A stretch of DNA of 64,000 bases from an uncultured Alphaproteobacteria bacterium. Lineage in GTDB: Bacteria > Pseudomonadota > Alphaproteobacteria > Rhizobiales > Xanthobacteraceae. The notes beneath the pieces are model-generated. The model was not told the DNA's origin. It saw only the letters and a list, made by a program, of their open reading frames with translations, and did no database searches. The DNA lies in contig CAVWLX010000016.1 of the NCBI GenBank assembly GCA_963755885.1, positions 8,025 to 72,024 of the forward strand. Direction: 5' to 3'. Of the stretch, positions 40,880 through 51,185 are shown in pieces; position 1 is the first letter of the stretch; each line of letters begins with the position of its first letter. A program made the position numbers and the translations under genes.

Positions 40880-42486
40880 CGGATCAGCGGCAGTGTGTCA
40901 AATTGATGGAACGGCGGTGGCGACGGCAGCGTCCATTCCAGCGTGGTGGCCCCGGCGCCCCACGGGTTGGCCGCGGCACGCTCCTTGCGCACGAATGCCT
41001 GGATCATGCCGAACAGAAAGACCAGCACGGCGAAACCTGAAATGTACGAGCCGAGCGAGGAGACGAAGTTCCAGTCAGCGAAGGCGTCGGGATAATCGGC
41101 GATACGGCGCGGCATGCCGGCGAGCCCGAGGAAGTGCTGCGGGAAGAACACCAGGTTGACGCCGATAAACGTGAGCCAGAAGTGCAGCTTGCCGACGAAC
41201 TCGCTGTACATGTAGCCGGTCATCTTCGGGAACCAATAGTACCAGCCGCCGAAGATGGCGAACACGGCGCCGAGCGACAGCACGTAGTGGAAGTGGGCGA
41301 CGACATAATAGGTGTCCTGCAACACCCGGTCGACGCCGGCATTGGCGAGCACCACCCCGGTGACGCCGCCGATGGTGAACAAGAAAATGAATCCCATGGC
41401 CCACAGCATCGGCGTCTTGAAGTCGATCGAACCGCCCCACATCGTGGCGATCCAGGAGAATATCTTCACGCCGGTCGGCACCGCGATGACCATCGTGGCG
41501 GCGATGAAGTAGGCCTGCACGCTCGCCGACATGCCGACGGTGTACATGTGGTGGGCCCAGACGACGAAGCCGATGGCGCCGATCGACACCATCGCATAAG
41601 CCATGCCGAGATAGCCGAACACCGGCTTGCGCGAGAACGTCGCCACGATCTGGCTGACCATGCCGAAGCCCGGAAGGATCAGGATGTAGACTTCCGGATG
41701 GCCGAAGAACCAGAACAGATGCTGGAACAGCAGCGGATCGCCGCCGCCATGCGGATCAAAGAATGTGGTCCCGAAGTTCCGGTCGGTCAGCAGCATGGTG
41801 ATGGCGCCGGCAAGAACCGGCATTGCCAACAGCAGCAGGAACACCGTCACCAGAATCGACCATACGAACAACGGCATTTTGTGCATGGTCATGCCAGGGG
41901 CGCGCATATTGAAGATCGTGGTGATGAAGTTGATGGCGCCAAGGATCGACGACGCCCCGGCCAGATGCAGCGCCAGGATGACGAAATCCATCGCCGGGCC
42001 GGGATGGCCGTAGGTCGACAGCGGGGCATAGATCGTCCATCCGGTTCCGGCGCCGTTGACGCCCGGCTCGCCCTCGAAGAACATCGAGGCCACGAACAAG
42101 CCGAATGACGCCGGCAGCAGCCAGAACGAAATGTTGTTCATGCGCGGGAACGCCATGTCCGGCGCTCCGATCATCAGCGGGACCATCCAGTTGCCGAAGC
42201 CGCCGATCATTGCCGGCATGACCATGAAAAAGATCATGATGAGGCCGTGTGCGGTCACGACGACGTCGAAGTAGTGCGTCTCGTGGAAGATCTGCAGTCC
42301 CGGATACATCAGCTCGATCCGGATCAGGATCGAGAAGATGCCGCCGATCACACCGGCGATCAGCGCGAACACCAGGTACATCGTGCCGATGTCCTTGTGG
42401 TTCGTCGAATAGACAAAGCGGCGCCAGCCGTGCGGGATGGCGTGTCCGCTGTCATCGCCGTGTGCCGCGTGTGTCATCGTGTCCAT
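40876..42486 (-). CDS. ctaD: cytochrome c oxidase (aa3) subunit I
   Basis: '[12 protein letters not shown]', '[17 protein letters not shown]' and 'HHMYTVGM'. Confidence 0.97.
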   Translation of the reverse strand: MDTMTHAAHGDDSGHAIPHGWRRFVYSTNHKDIGTMYLVFALIAGVIGGIFSILIRIELMYPGLQIFHETHYFDVVVTAHGLIMIFFMVMPAMIGGFGNWMVPLMIGAPDMAFPRMNNISFWLLPASFGLFVASMFFEGEPGVNGAGTGWTIYAPLSTYGHPGPAMDFVILALHLAGASSILGAINFITTIFNMRAPGMTMHKMPLFVWSILVTVFLLLLAMPVLAGAITMLLTDRNFGTTFFDPHGGGDPLLFQHLFWFFGHPEVYILILPGFGMVSQIVATFSRKPVFGYLGMAYAMVSIGAIGFVVWAHHMYTVGMSASVQAYFIAATMVIAVPTGVKIFSWIATMWGGSIDFKTPMLWAMGFIFLFTIGGVTGVVLANAGVDRVLQDTYYVVAHFHYVLSLGAVFAIFGGWYYWFPKMTGYMYSEFVGKLHFWLTFIGVNLVFFPQHFLGLAGMPRRIADYPDAFADWNFVSSLGSYISGFAVLVFLFGMIQAFVRKERAAANPWGAGATTLEWTLPSPPPFHQFDTLPLIR

Positions 42487-42534
42487 GGTAAGATCCTGCG
42501 TTCTGCTTTGGCGCGTGTTTTATAACTTTTAAGC

Positions 42535-43383
42535 CTATCGCGTCGGCGTGCCGCTGGCCGCGAGTGTAGTCGGCGGCGTGCTATCGAGACCGGCGCTCTT
42601 CTTTTCCTTGGCGATCCAATCGTTGAACTCAGGCTGGCTGACGACCTTGACCGTAATCGGCATGAAGGCGTGGTCCTTGCCGCACAGCTCGGAGCATTGG
42701 CCGTGAAACAGGCCCTCGCTCGTCGCCTTGAACCAAGTATCGTTGAGGCGGCCGGGAACCGCGTCGATTTTGATGCCGAATGACGGCACCGCGAAGGAAT
42801 GGATCACGTCGGCGCCGGTGACCAGCACGTGCACGACCTTGTTCACCGGCACCACCAAATCATTATCGACGGTGAGCAACCGCGGCTCGCCGGGCTTGAG
42901 ATCCTTATCGGCAACCAGCAGCGAGTCGAATTCGAAATTGCCGTTATCCGGATAGCTGTAGCTCCAGTACCATTGCTTGCCGGTGGCCTTCACGGTCAGG
43001 TCCGGTGCCGGATTATCGAGTTCGAGAAAGAGGAGCCGGAACGAGGGAACCGCAATCGCCACCAGGATGACGACGGGCACAATGGTCCAGGCGACTTCAA
43101 GCAACGAATTGTGCGTGGTGCGGGACGGAGTCGGATTGGCACGGGCGTTGAAGCGCAGCACTATAATCGCGAGCAGAACCAGAACGAAGAGCGTGATGGC
43201 GCTGATGATCCAGAGCAGGAAATCGTGAAACCAGACGATGTCGACCATGACAGGGGTAGAGGCGTCCTGGAGGCCAAGCTCCCACGGTGACGGCTGGCCG
43301 ACACCGGCGAGCGCTGATCCTGCGCTCGCGAGGACAGTCCCCAAGGTCAACGCGGTGGCGGTCAGGCGTGAGAACTGCGGCAT
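42535..43383 (-). CDS. coxB: cytochrome c oxidase (aa3) subunit II
   Basis: CuA site 'VIHSFAVPSFGIKIDAVPGR...GQCSELCGKDHAFM', with a signal peptide and two TM helices. Confidence 0.95.
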   Translation of the reverse strand: MPQFSRLTATALTLGTVLASAGSALAGVGQPSPWELGLQDASTPVMVDIVWFHDFLLWIISAITLFVLVLLAIIVLRFNARANPTPSRTTHNSLLEVAWTIVPVVILVAIAVPSFRLLFLELDNPAPDLTVKATGKQWYWSYSYPDNGNFEFDSLLVADKDLKPGEPRLLTVDNDLVVPVNKVVHVLVTGADVIHSFAVPSFGIKIDAVPGRLNDTWFKATSEGLFHGQCSELCGKDHAFMPITVKVVSQPEFNDWIAKEKKSAGLDSTPPTTLAASGTPTR

Positions 43384-43405
43384 CTCTTTCTCGGCTCCTC
43401 GTCCT

Positions 43406-43435
43406 TCAGTCAGGTCTCGTTCAGTCAGGTCTCGT
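43406..43435. repeat. perfect 15-bp tandem duplication in the coxB 5' leader
   Basis: TCAGTCAGGTCTCGT at 43406-43420 and again at 43421-43435, 23 nt from the coxB start codon (43383, minus strand). Confidence 0.9.
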
Positions 43436-43877
43436 GCACTGACGCCTCGTCATCGGGCTTCGCCAAGCGGCGCCGCGCGATCCGAAACATGCAAGAAATG
43501 CGTGTCTGCAGCGCGACGGCGCCGGCCCGACGCTGCCTGCTGCCGACTGGTTTGTGCCACGGTCTGGTCCTTGACGGGCATCGGCGGGGGTCGAACCCCT
43601 CAAACCACAAATCGCGCGGTACCGCAATGCACTCTTGATCATCGCCGCGGCTCTATCCGCAGCGCGTCCGAAGGCCGCGGGCCGCCGGAATTTCGCTTCC
43701 TTCGCGCGGCCACAATGGCTTGATTTCCATCGACCTTGAACAGCGCGGACTCGCCATGTAGGCAGGCCCGCGCGGTGACCGGCCTAGGCTCGCTGATTCG
43801 GGCTGCGTGGGGCAGGGCCGACAGCGGGGCGGCGGCGCGGCCGGAGGCGGGCAAAGGGCAGGCAAAGGAAGACGATC

Positions 43878-44414
43878 ATGGCCTTTTGCAATGTCGGGCG
43901 CACGCTGCGGCCAATGGCCACGGCGCTCGGTGGCGCTGTTATCGCGATGGCGTTGCTCGCAGCGGGTGCGGGCGACGCGTTCGCTCAAGGCGCTGTCCGC
44001 GCGGTTCACGGCGATTGGCAAATCCGCTGCGATACGCCTCCGGGCGCCCAGAGCGAGCAATGCGCGTTGATGCAAAGCGTGACCGCAGAAGACCGTCCCA
44101 ATGTCGGACTAACGGTGATCGTGCTCAAGACCACCGATCAGAAGAGCCGGCTGATGCGCGTCGTCGCCCCGCTCGGCGTGTTGTTGCCGTCGGGCCTGGG
44201 CCTGAAGATCGACAACAACGATGTCGGCCGTGCCGGCTTCGTGCGCTGCCTGCCGAACGGCTGCGTCGCCGAGGTGGTCATGGACGACAAGCTGATCGAT
44301 CAGTTGCGCAACGGCCAGACTTCGACCTTCATCATTTTCCAGACGCCCGAAGAAGGCATCGGCTTCCCAATGAGCCTGAAGGGCTTTGGCGAAGGCTTCG
44401 ACAAGCTGCCCTAG
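43878..44414 (+). CDS. invasion-associated locus B (IalB) family periplasmic protein
   Basis: Signal peptide, then 'HGDWQIRCDTPPGAQSEQCALMQ' and 'GFVRCLPNGCVAEV'. Confidence 0.85.
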   Translation: MAFCNVGRTLRPMATALGGAVIAMALLAAGAGDAFAQGAVRAVHGDWQIRCDTPPGAQSEQCALMQSVTAEDRPNVGLTVIVLKTTDQKSRLMRVVAPLGVLLPSGLGLKIDNNDVGRAGFVRCLPNGCVAEVVMDDKLIDQLRNGQTSTFIIFQTPEEGIGFPMSLKGFGEGFDKLP

Positions 44415-44583
44415 TCGCAGCTGCCCTGGTCGTCAGTCTCCGCCGAATGGGGTCAACCCCTGCGAGCCTCCCCGGGCGCGTGACGGAGTTCCGCACCGGC
44501 CCGCCTCGCGATTGCGCTTTCCCTTTTACTGATTACGTTTGCCGGTGTCGGAACATCGCCAGTAGCAAAGCGGGCGTCACGCC

Positions 44584-45003
44584 ATGGACAGCAAGACATT
44601 AGCGGATACCAAACACTACCCGGTCACCCATACCGAGGCGGAGTGGCGCAAGCTGCTGACGCCCGAGCAATATCGCGTCATGCGGGCGCACGGCACCGAG
44701 CCGCCGGGAAGTTGCGCGCTGAACTATGAGAAGCGCGCCGGGACATTCACTTGCGCCGGCTGCGGCCAGCCGCTGTTCGCCTCGAAGAAGAAGTTCGAGA
44801 GCGGCACCGGATGGCCGAGCTTCAACGATCCGGAGCCGGGCGCGGTCGAAAGTTCGACCGACGACAGCTACGGCATGGACCGCACCGAAGTGCACTGCAG
44901 CCGCTGCGGTAGTCATCTCGGCCACATCTTCGACGACGGGCCGCCGCCGACACACTTGCGCTATTGCATCAACGGCGTGGCGATGAACTTCAAGCCGGAC
45001 TGA
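44584..45003 (+). CDS. msrB: peptide-methionine (R)-S-oxide reductase
   Basis: 'CAGCGQPLF.S..KF.SGTGWPSF' and 'EVHCSRCGSHLGHIFDDGP'. Confidence 0.95.
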   Translation: MDSKTLADTKHYPVTHTEAEWRKLLTPEQYRVMRAHGTEPPGSCALNYEKRAGTFTCAGCGQPLFASKKKFESGTGWPSFNDPEPGAVESSTDDSYGMDRTEVHCSRCGSHLGHIFDDGPPPTHLRYCINGVAMNFKPD

Positions 45004-45286
45004 AGATTCCGCGTCTTGTGTTTGTCGTTGCGTGCGGTGCAGCGGCAAGCGATCCGGATCAAGATCGAGCCGGGTTAAGGCTCAGCCGGCCGCTTATAAA
45101 CATTGCCGTGAGGGAACCGGCGGACCGCTAAATAAGGCCGTTTTCGGGCCTCGCCGTGGCATTGCCCTCACGAAATTGCAATCGCGCCCGGCACATTCAT
45201 GCCTCGTTCATCTCAATAAACTGTGGAACACTCCGTTACCGCTAAATCGCCGGAGATTGGCTCAACCACCCGGGGCTTGGCAGTTG

Positions 45287-47458
45287 ATGAGAAGCGCACG
45301 GCAATCGGCCGCTCGCCTGCTGCAATCCATGATGGTTGCGTCGGTGGTCTTGCCGGCGGCGCTTTTCGCTTACGCCTGCTGGATCGGTTACAGCGATATT
45401 CACGCCGTCGCCGACGAGCGCATCGTTCGTTCGCTCGACGTGATGCAGGAGCAGGCGCTCAAGGTTCTGCAAACCGTCGATCGCACGTTTGCGGAAGTCA
45501 ACGAGGTCACGCGTGGCATGTCGGACGACGACATTCGCGTCGATCAGCCGCGCCTGCACCAACGCCTCGCCGGCATCGTCGCGACGATGCCGCAGCTGCA
45601 GGGCATTCTGCTGCTTGATCGCGAGGGCCGCCCGATGGTGACGAGCGCGCTCGCCTCAGTCCCTGCCGGCAAGAACTTCGCCGATCGCGATTATTTCCGG
45701 GTTCAGCGCGACCAGGATTCCGGGGCTTATGTCAGCGATGTGCGAACGCCGCGGCTGCCGGGCCTCGGCGCCGATTCCTTCGATCTTTCGCACCGGCTGG
45801 AATCGCCCGATGGATCATTCAACGGCGTCATCGCGGTCGCGGTGCGGCCGCGCTATTTCGAGGACTTCTATCAGCTGATCGGGCGGACGCCGGGCAGCTT
45901 CTACGCTTTGGTCCGCGATGATGGCGCCTATCTTGCCCGCTTTCCTCCGCTCAAAGATCGCTCGCGGCGGCTCAGTCCGGCGAGCGCGTTCCGCAGCACG
46001 ATCGTCCGCGGTATCAACCAGGGCCTGTACACCGCCAATTCCGACATCGATGGCGTCTCGCGCCGCTTCGGCTTTCGTAAGCTTCCCGGATTCCCGGTCT
46101 ACGCTATCGCCGGCGTGACCAGTGCGGCGTTGCGCGCCGAATGGTTGTCGAGCATGGCGGTGCATTTGATCTTCGGTCTGCCCGCCACCATTCTGATCTT
46201 CTCCGTGCTCTGGGTGGCGCTGCGCCGAACGCGCCGGCTGTACGAAGAGGCGGGCCGCCGCGAGGTAGCGGAGGGCGCGCTGCGGCAGTCGCAACGGCTC
46301 GAAGCGATCGGCCAATTGACCGGCGGCGTCGCCCACGACTTCAACAACCTGCTGATGATCGTCAGCGGCAGCGCGCACCGGCTGCGGCGCGATATCGTTG
46401 ACGAGAAGCAGGTCCGGCTCCTCGATGCCATCACCACCGCCGCCCAACGCGGCGAAAGCCTGACCCGGCAGTTGTTGTCGTTCTCGCGGCGGCAGACCCT
46501 GCAGCCGAGTGTCATCGAGTTGGCCGAATGGCTGCGTGAGCTCAAGGAGATGCTCAGCCGCTCGCTGCGTGGCGATATTGAGATCCGCGTCCTTCCCGCC
46601 AAGCGCTCGTGCCTGGTCAAGGTCGACCCGAGCGAGCTCGAGCTCGCTTTGCTCAATCTCGCCGTCAATGCGCGCGACGCCATGCCGTCGGGCGGGACGC
46701 TGACGATCACGACCAAGCCGATTGTTTTGCGCGGCAAGGCGAGCGAGGACGGCTTGAGCGGCGAGTTCGTCGCCATCAGGGTCGCCGACACTGGCGAGGG
46801 CATTCCGCCCGACGTGCTGCCGCGGGTGTTCGAGCCGTTCTTCACCACCAAAGATGTCGGCAAGGGCACCGGGCTCGGGCTTTCTCAGGTCTACGGGTTC
46901 GCCAAGCAATCGGGCGGCGCCGCCACCATCACCAGCACCGCCAAACGTGGTACGGCGATCACGCTGTTCTTGCCGCGCAGCTTCGAGACGCCGGAACAGC
47001 TGCGCGAGCCGTCTCCCGCGACCGGGGCAGGACTTCCGGCCGGCACGGTGCTGCTGGTCGAAGACAATGCCGAAGTGCTCGAGGTTGCCCGCGGCTACTT
47101 CGCCGACCTCAGCTTTACGGTGCGCGAGGCGATGAGCGCGCAAGACGGTCTGGACCGCATCGAACGCGAAGGCGATATCGATCTCGTATTCTCGGACATT
47201 TTGATGCCCGGCGGGTTGAACGGCCTCGAACTCGCGAAGCTCCTGCGCTCGCGCTTTCCACGCATCGTGGTGCTGTTGACGACCGGCTACAGTTCGGGCG
47301 CACAGGACGCGGTGCGCGAGGGATTTGAAGTATTGCGGAAACCATATGATCTTGCCGCGCTGCAGCGCGCGCTGCTGGCCGCGTTCAAGGCGGCGGGCCG
47401 GGCACCAGGCAAAGCGCCGGCCCGGTATGCGCCGGCGGCTGCGCGCGTCGCCGGATAA
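45287..47458 (+). CDS. hybrid sensor histidine kinase/response regulator with a periplasmic Cache-like domain
   Basis: The start is set at ATG 45287 (MRSARQSAARL). Two TM helices flank a ~270-aa domain. H-box 'GGVAHDFNNLLMIV', HATPase 'GTGLGLSQVYGFAKQSGG' and receiver 'VLLVEDN...DLVFSDILMPGGLNG'. Confidence 0.85.
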   Translation: MRSARQSAARLLQSMMVASVVLPAALFAYACWIGYSDIHAVADERIVRSLDVMQEQALKVLQTVDRTFAEVNEVTRGMSDDDIRVDQPRLHQRLAGIVATMPQLQGILLLDREGRPMVTSALASVPAGKNFADRDYFRVQRDQDSGAYVSDVRTPRLPGLGADSFDLSHRLESPDGSFNGVIAVAVRPRYFEDFYQLIGRTPGSFYALVRDDGAYLARFPPLKDRSRRLSPASAFRSTIVRGINQGLYTANSDIDGVSRRFGFRKLPGFPVYAIAGVTSAALRAEWLSSMAVHLIFGLPATILIFSVLWVALRRTRRLYEEAGRREVAEGALRQSQRLEAIGQLTGGVAHDFNNLLMIVSGSAHRLRRDIVDEKQVRLLDAITTAAQRGESLTRQLLSFSRRQTLQPSVIELAEWLRELKEMLSRSLRGDIEIRVLPAKRSCLVKVDPSELELALLNLAVNARDAMPSGGTLTITTKPIVLRGKASEDGLSGEFVAIRVADTGEGIPPDVLPRVFEPFFTTKDVGKGTGLGLSQVYGFAKQSGGAATITSTAKRGTAITLFLPRSFETPEQLREPSPATGAGLPAGTVLLVEDNAEVLEVARGYFADLSFTVREAMSAQDGLDRIEREGDIDLVFSDILMPGGLNGLELAKLLRSRFPRIVVLLTTGYSSGAQDAVREGFEVLRKPYDLAALQRALLAAFKAAGRAPGKAPARYAPAAARVAG

Positions 47459-47562
47459 GGCTAGTCTAGATCGCTTCACGCCGGCCGCTTAGGTTTAGGG
47501 CGTCGCGCGCGACTGCGCGCGACGTATGAAAACACAATAGGTTTTAGGGGAGGGGCTAAGTC

Positions 47563-48636
47563 ATGCAGGTGCTGGGCGTAAAAATCGGCGAGACCGAGAC
47601 CGAAAAGAAGGTCTTGTTTGACGTCAGGGAAGATTGGCTCGCCAAGCGCCGCGAAGATCCGATCGATCCCGCCATGCCGATTCTCGATCCACACCATCAC
47701 CTGTGGGAGCGGGGCGGCGCGCGGTATCTGCTCCACGACATCAAGGGCGACATCGATGCCGGCGGTCACAACGTCCGCGCCACCGTGTTCCTGCAATGCG
47801 ATTCGATGTATCGCGCCGACGGCGACCCGAATTTCGCGCCGATCGGCGAGACTGAATTTGTCAACGGCATCTCGGCGATGAGCGCCAGCGGCCTCTACGG
47901 CCCGGCGCGGATCTGCGCCGGCATCGTCAGCTTTGCCAATTTTTTTATGGGCGCGGAAGTTGACGCCGTACTGGAGGCGCATCTGCGTGCCGCCGGCGAG
48001 CGCTTCAAGGGCGTGCGTTATTGCTCGGTGTGGGATGCCGACAAGTCGATCAAATCGACGCCGATGGATTTCCCGCAAGGCTTGCTGCTCGACGCCAAGT
48101 TCCGCTCAGGCTACGCGCGACTGGCGCGTTACGGCCTTTCCTTCGATGCGCTGCTTTACCACACCCAAATCCCCGAGCTGACCGACCTCGCCCGCACCTT
48201 TCCCGATATCCTGATCGTGCTCAATCACATCGGCTGTCCACTCGGCATCGGCGTCTATGCCGGCAAGACCGATGAGGTCTTCAAGGACTGGCGGCGCAAC
48301 ATCCACGAGCTTGCCAAATGCCAAAATGTCGTTGTGAAGCTCGGCGGCATGGGCATGCATTTCCTTGGCTTCGGTTTTGAGAAGCTGCCGGTGCCGCCGT
48401 CGTCGGATGATCTGGTCAAGGCCTGGAAGCCCTACGTCGAAACCTGCATCGAAGCGTTTGGCCCGCAGCGCGCCATGTTCGAGAGCAATTTCCCGGTCGA
48501 CAAGCGCTATTACAGCTACGGCGTGATGTGGAACGCGTTCAAGAAGCTGGCCGCAGGCTACAGCGCCGCCGATAAGTCGGAGCTGTTTTTCAATGCCGCC
48601 AAACGGGCGTATCGGTTGCCGACGATGACGAGCTGA
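47563..48636 (+). CDS. amidohydrolase-2 (PF04909-type) metal-dependent hydrolase (lactonase/decarboxylase class)
   Basis: 'ILDPHHHLWER' N-terminal metal motif, 'LNHIGCPLG' and 'FESNFPVDK'. Confidence 0.75.
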   Translation: MQVLGVKIGETETEKKVLFDVREDWLAKRREDPIDPAMPILDPHHHLWERGGARYLLHDIKGDIDAGGHNVRATVFLQCDSMYRADGDPNFAPIGETEFVNGISAMSASGLYGPARICAGIVSFANFFMGAEVDAVLEAHLRAAGERFKGVRYCSVWDADKSIKSTPMDFPQGLLLDAKFRSGYARLARYGLSFDALLYHTQIPELTDLARTFPDILIVLNHIGCPLGIGVYAGKTDEVFKDWRRNIHELAKCQNVVVKLGGMGMHFLGFGFEKLPVPPSSDDLVKAWKPYVETCIEAFGPQRAMFESNFPVDKRYYSYGVMWNAFKKLAAGYSAADKSELFFNAAKRAYRLPTMTS

Positions 48637-48658
48637 TCCGCCGCGCTGGGAGGAAAAT

Positions 48659-49864
48659 TTGCAAGTCGAGAAATTTGCAAGACGGTTGCGTTCGGTCGCC
48701 ATTGCGGTCGTTGCCGGTACCGTCTCGCTTGTGGCCGCCGGCGCCGAAGTCGGCGCGCAGGACGCGATCAAGATTGGGTTGTTGGCGCCTTTGACCGGGT
48801 CGTTTGCCGAGAACGGCAAGCAGGAGATCGCGGCCGCAAAGCTGTTCATGGAGCAGAACGGCGCGACAATCGCCGGCCGCCAGGTCCAGCTCCTCATCCG
48901 CGACGACGGCGGAGTGCCGGATCAGGCCAGGCGCATCGCGCAGGAATTCATTGTCAACGACAAGGTCGCGGTATTGGCCGGCGGCAATCCAACTCCGAAC
49001 GCGCTTGCGGTTGCGCCGCTGGCCACCGAGGCGAGAATTCCCATGATCGTTGTGGGGTCCGTAGCTACGATCACCACGGCGCGTTCGCCCTATATCGTGC
49101 GCACCATGTATGCGCAGAGCCAGGTCACCGTCCCAATGGCCCGGTGGGCGGCAAAAAACGGCATCAAGCGTGTCGTCACTCTGGTGTCCGATTATTCCCC
49201 TGGCCTGGATGCCGAAAAGGCTTTCATCGACGAGTTCAAGGCCGACGGCGGAGAGATTGTGGAGGCGGTGCGCGTACCGTTGCAAAATGCCGACTATGCC
49301 CCTTACCTGCAGCGCGCCCGCGACGCCAAGCCGGACGCGCTGTTCGTGTGGGTGCCGGGCGGGCTCGCGGCAGCGCTGATGCGGCAATACGCCGAGCGCG
49401 GTCTGAATAAATCCGGTATCAGGCTGATCGGCGTCGGAGATATCACTGACGACGCCGTGCTGAACGAGGCCGGCGATGCCATGCTCGGCGTTATCACATC
49501 GATGCAATATTCCGCCGCGCACCCGTCACCGCTGAACAAGGCCTTCGTGGAGGGCTTCAAGAACGCCGGCAACGGCATCCGGCCGGACCATATCGGGGTC
49601 GCGGTTTACGACGCCCTGCACCTGATCTACGCGGCGATCAACAAGACCGGCGGCAACACCAATGGCGACGCTCTGATCGCCGCCATGAAAGGGATGGCTT
49701 GGGAAAGCCCGCGCGGGCCGGTCTCGATTGATCCGGAAACCCGTGAGATGATCCAGGATGTCTATATCCGCCGGGTCGAAAGGGTCGACGGCGAACTCTA
49801 TAATGTGGAGTTCGAGAAGTTCGCGGCCGTCAAGGTCCCGGCCAAAACGAAGCAAGCGAGATAA
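48659..49864 (+). CDS. LivJ-type (branched-chain amino acid family) ABC periplasmic substrate-binding protein
   Basis: Signal peptide, 'IKIGLLAPLTGSFAENGKQ' and 'VAVLAGGNPTPNALAVAPLA'. Confidence 0.8.
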   Translation: MQVEKFARRLRSVAIAVVAGTVSLVAAGAEVGAQDAIKIGLLAPLTGSFAENGKQEIAAAKLFMEQNGATIAGRQVQLLIRDDGGVPDQARRIAQEFIVNDKVAVLAGGNPTPNALAVAPLATEARIPMIVVGSVATITTARSPYIVRTMYAQSQVTVPMARWAAKNGIKRVVTLVSDYSPGLDAEKAFIDEFKADGGEIVEAVRVPLQNADYAPYLQRARDAKPDALFVWVPGGLAAALMRQYAERGLNKSGIRLIGVGDITDDAVLNEAGDAMLGVITSMQYSAAHPSPLNKAFVEGFKNAGNGIRPDHIGVAVYDALHLIYAAINKTGGNTNGDALIAAMKGMAWESPRGPVSIDPETREMIQDVYIRRVERVDGELYNVEFEKFAAVKVPAKTKQAR

Positions 49865-49924
49865 AACGTTGCGGCTGTTTTCGGTTCCGTTCGGAAAGCT
49901 ATCCCCGCATCAAGGTATGTCCAC

Positions 49925-51055
49925 GTGAAAAGGCTTTCGGTAGCAATCATCGGTGCCGGAATGGGCGGACTTGCGACTGCGGCTGCGCTGCGGCGGGTCG
50001 GCGTTGAGGTCACCATCTACGAACAGGCCCGGCACTTTGCTCGTGTCGGGGCCGGCATCCAGATCGGCTGTAATGCCATGAAGGTCCTGCGCGGCCTCGG
50101 CCTCGAGCCGGACCTGCGCGCGACCGCCTTCTATCCCCGCTCCTGGAACAACAAGGACTTCGATACCGGCGACGTTCGTTTCGACATGATCTTCGGCGAG
50201 GCCGCCGAAGAACGTTACGGTGCGCCTTATCTGCTCGCGCACCGCGGCGATCTCCATGCCGCCTTGGCGAGCATCGTGCCTGAGAGCGTGCTGCGGCTCG
50301 AGCATCAGCTCGTCGCGCTCGAGCCGCGCGCGGACGGCAGTGTCCGGCTTGAGTTTGCCAATGGCGCGAGCGCCGACGCCGATGCCGTCGTGGGCGCCGA
50401 CGGCGTTAACTCGGTCGTCAGGGACACGCTGTTCGGCGGCAACACGCCGGCGTTTACCGGCCGCGTCGCCTACCGCACGGTATACCCGGCAACGCTGCTG
50501 GAGGGATATCGGATCGACGATTGCACCAAATGGTGGGGACCGGATCGCCACATCGTCATCTATTACGTCAAGCCTGACCGCAGCGAAGTCTATTTTGTGA
50601 CCAGTCAGCCCGAACCCGGCTTCACGCTCGAATCCTGGTCCGCCACCGGAGACGTGAATGTGTTGCGCTCAGCCTTCGCCGATTTCCATCCGCAGGTTCA
50701 GCAGGTGCTCGCGTCATGTCCTGCCGTGCACAAACGGCCACTGGTCGATCACGATCCGCTGCCGCGCTGGTCGGAAGGCAACATCACGTTGTTGGGCGAT
50801 GCCTGCCATCCGATGACGCCGTACATGGCGCAGGGCGCCGCCATGGCGTTTGAGGACGCCGCGGTGCTGTCACGCTGCCTCGACGGCGCCGATCGGTCCG
50901 GAGTAGCCGACGCTTTTCGCCGTTTCGAATCGACCCGCAAGCCGCGCACCTCGCAGGTCCAGCTCGGCTCGCGAACTAACACCTGGCTTCGCGACCAGAC
51001 CGATCCAGGTTGGGTCTACGGCTATGATGCCTGGACCGCGCCGTTGGCGGCATGA
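49925..51055 (+). CDS. FAD-dependent aromatic-ring monooxygenase (salicylate/3-hydroxybenzoate hydroxylase-like)
   Basis: 'VAIIGAGMGGLATAAAL' GxGxxG, 'DAVVGADGVNSVVR' and 'LLGDACHPMTPYMAQGAAMAFEDA'. Confidence 0.85.
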   Translation: MKRLSVAIIGAGMGGLATAAALRRVGVEVTIYEQARHFARVGAGIQIGCNAMKVLRGLGLEPDLRATAFYPRSWNNKDFDTGDVRFDMIFGEAAEERYGAPYLLAHRGDLHAALASIVPESVLRLEHQLVALEPRADGSVRLEFANGASADADAVVGADGVNSVVRDTLFGGNTPAFTGRVAYRTVYPATLLEGYRIDDCTKWWGPDRHIVIYYVKPDRSEVYFVTSQPEPGFTLESWSATGDVNVLRSAFADFHPQVQQVLASCPAVHKRPLVDHDPLPRWSEGNITLLGDACHPMTPYMAQGAAMAFEDAAVLSRCLDGADRSGVADAFRRFESTRKPRTSQVQLGSRTNTWLRDQTDPGWVYGYDAWTAPLAA

Positions 51056-51185
51056 ATGAAAAAAGTCGAATGTCGATCAGCAGAAACAGCCTGCCGTTCT
51101 TATAAAGACAGCAATGCCTGTCGTTGATGTAAATTTTTATTGGTAAACAACGCGTCTTACTCTCTCAAATCGCTGCACCGGGGCT

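Noticed and set aside
43560-43640. tRNA-like segment (GGGGGTCGAACCCC, possible anticodon-type stem ACCGC/GTGGT) upstream of coxB
   Set aside because: The T stem would have only 3 bp. There is no acceptor stem pairing and the anticodon loop is non-canonical. It is not a credible tRNA.
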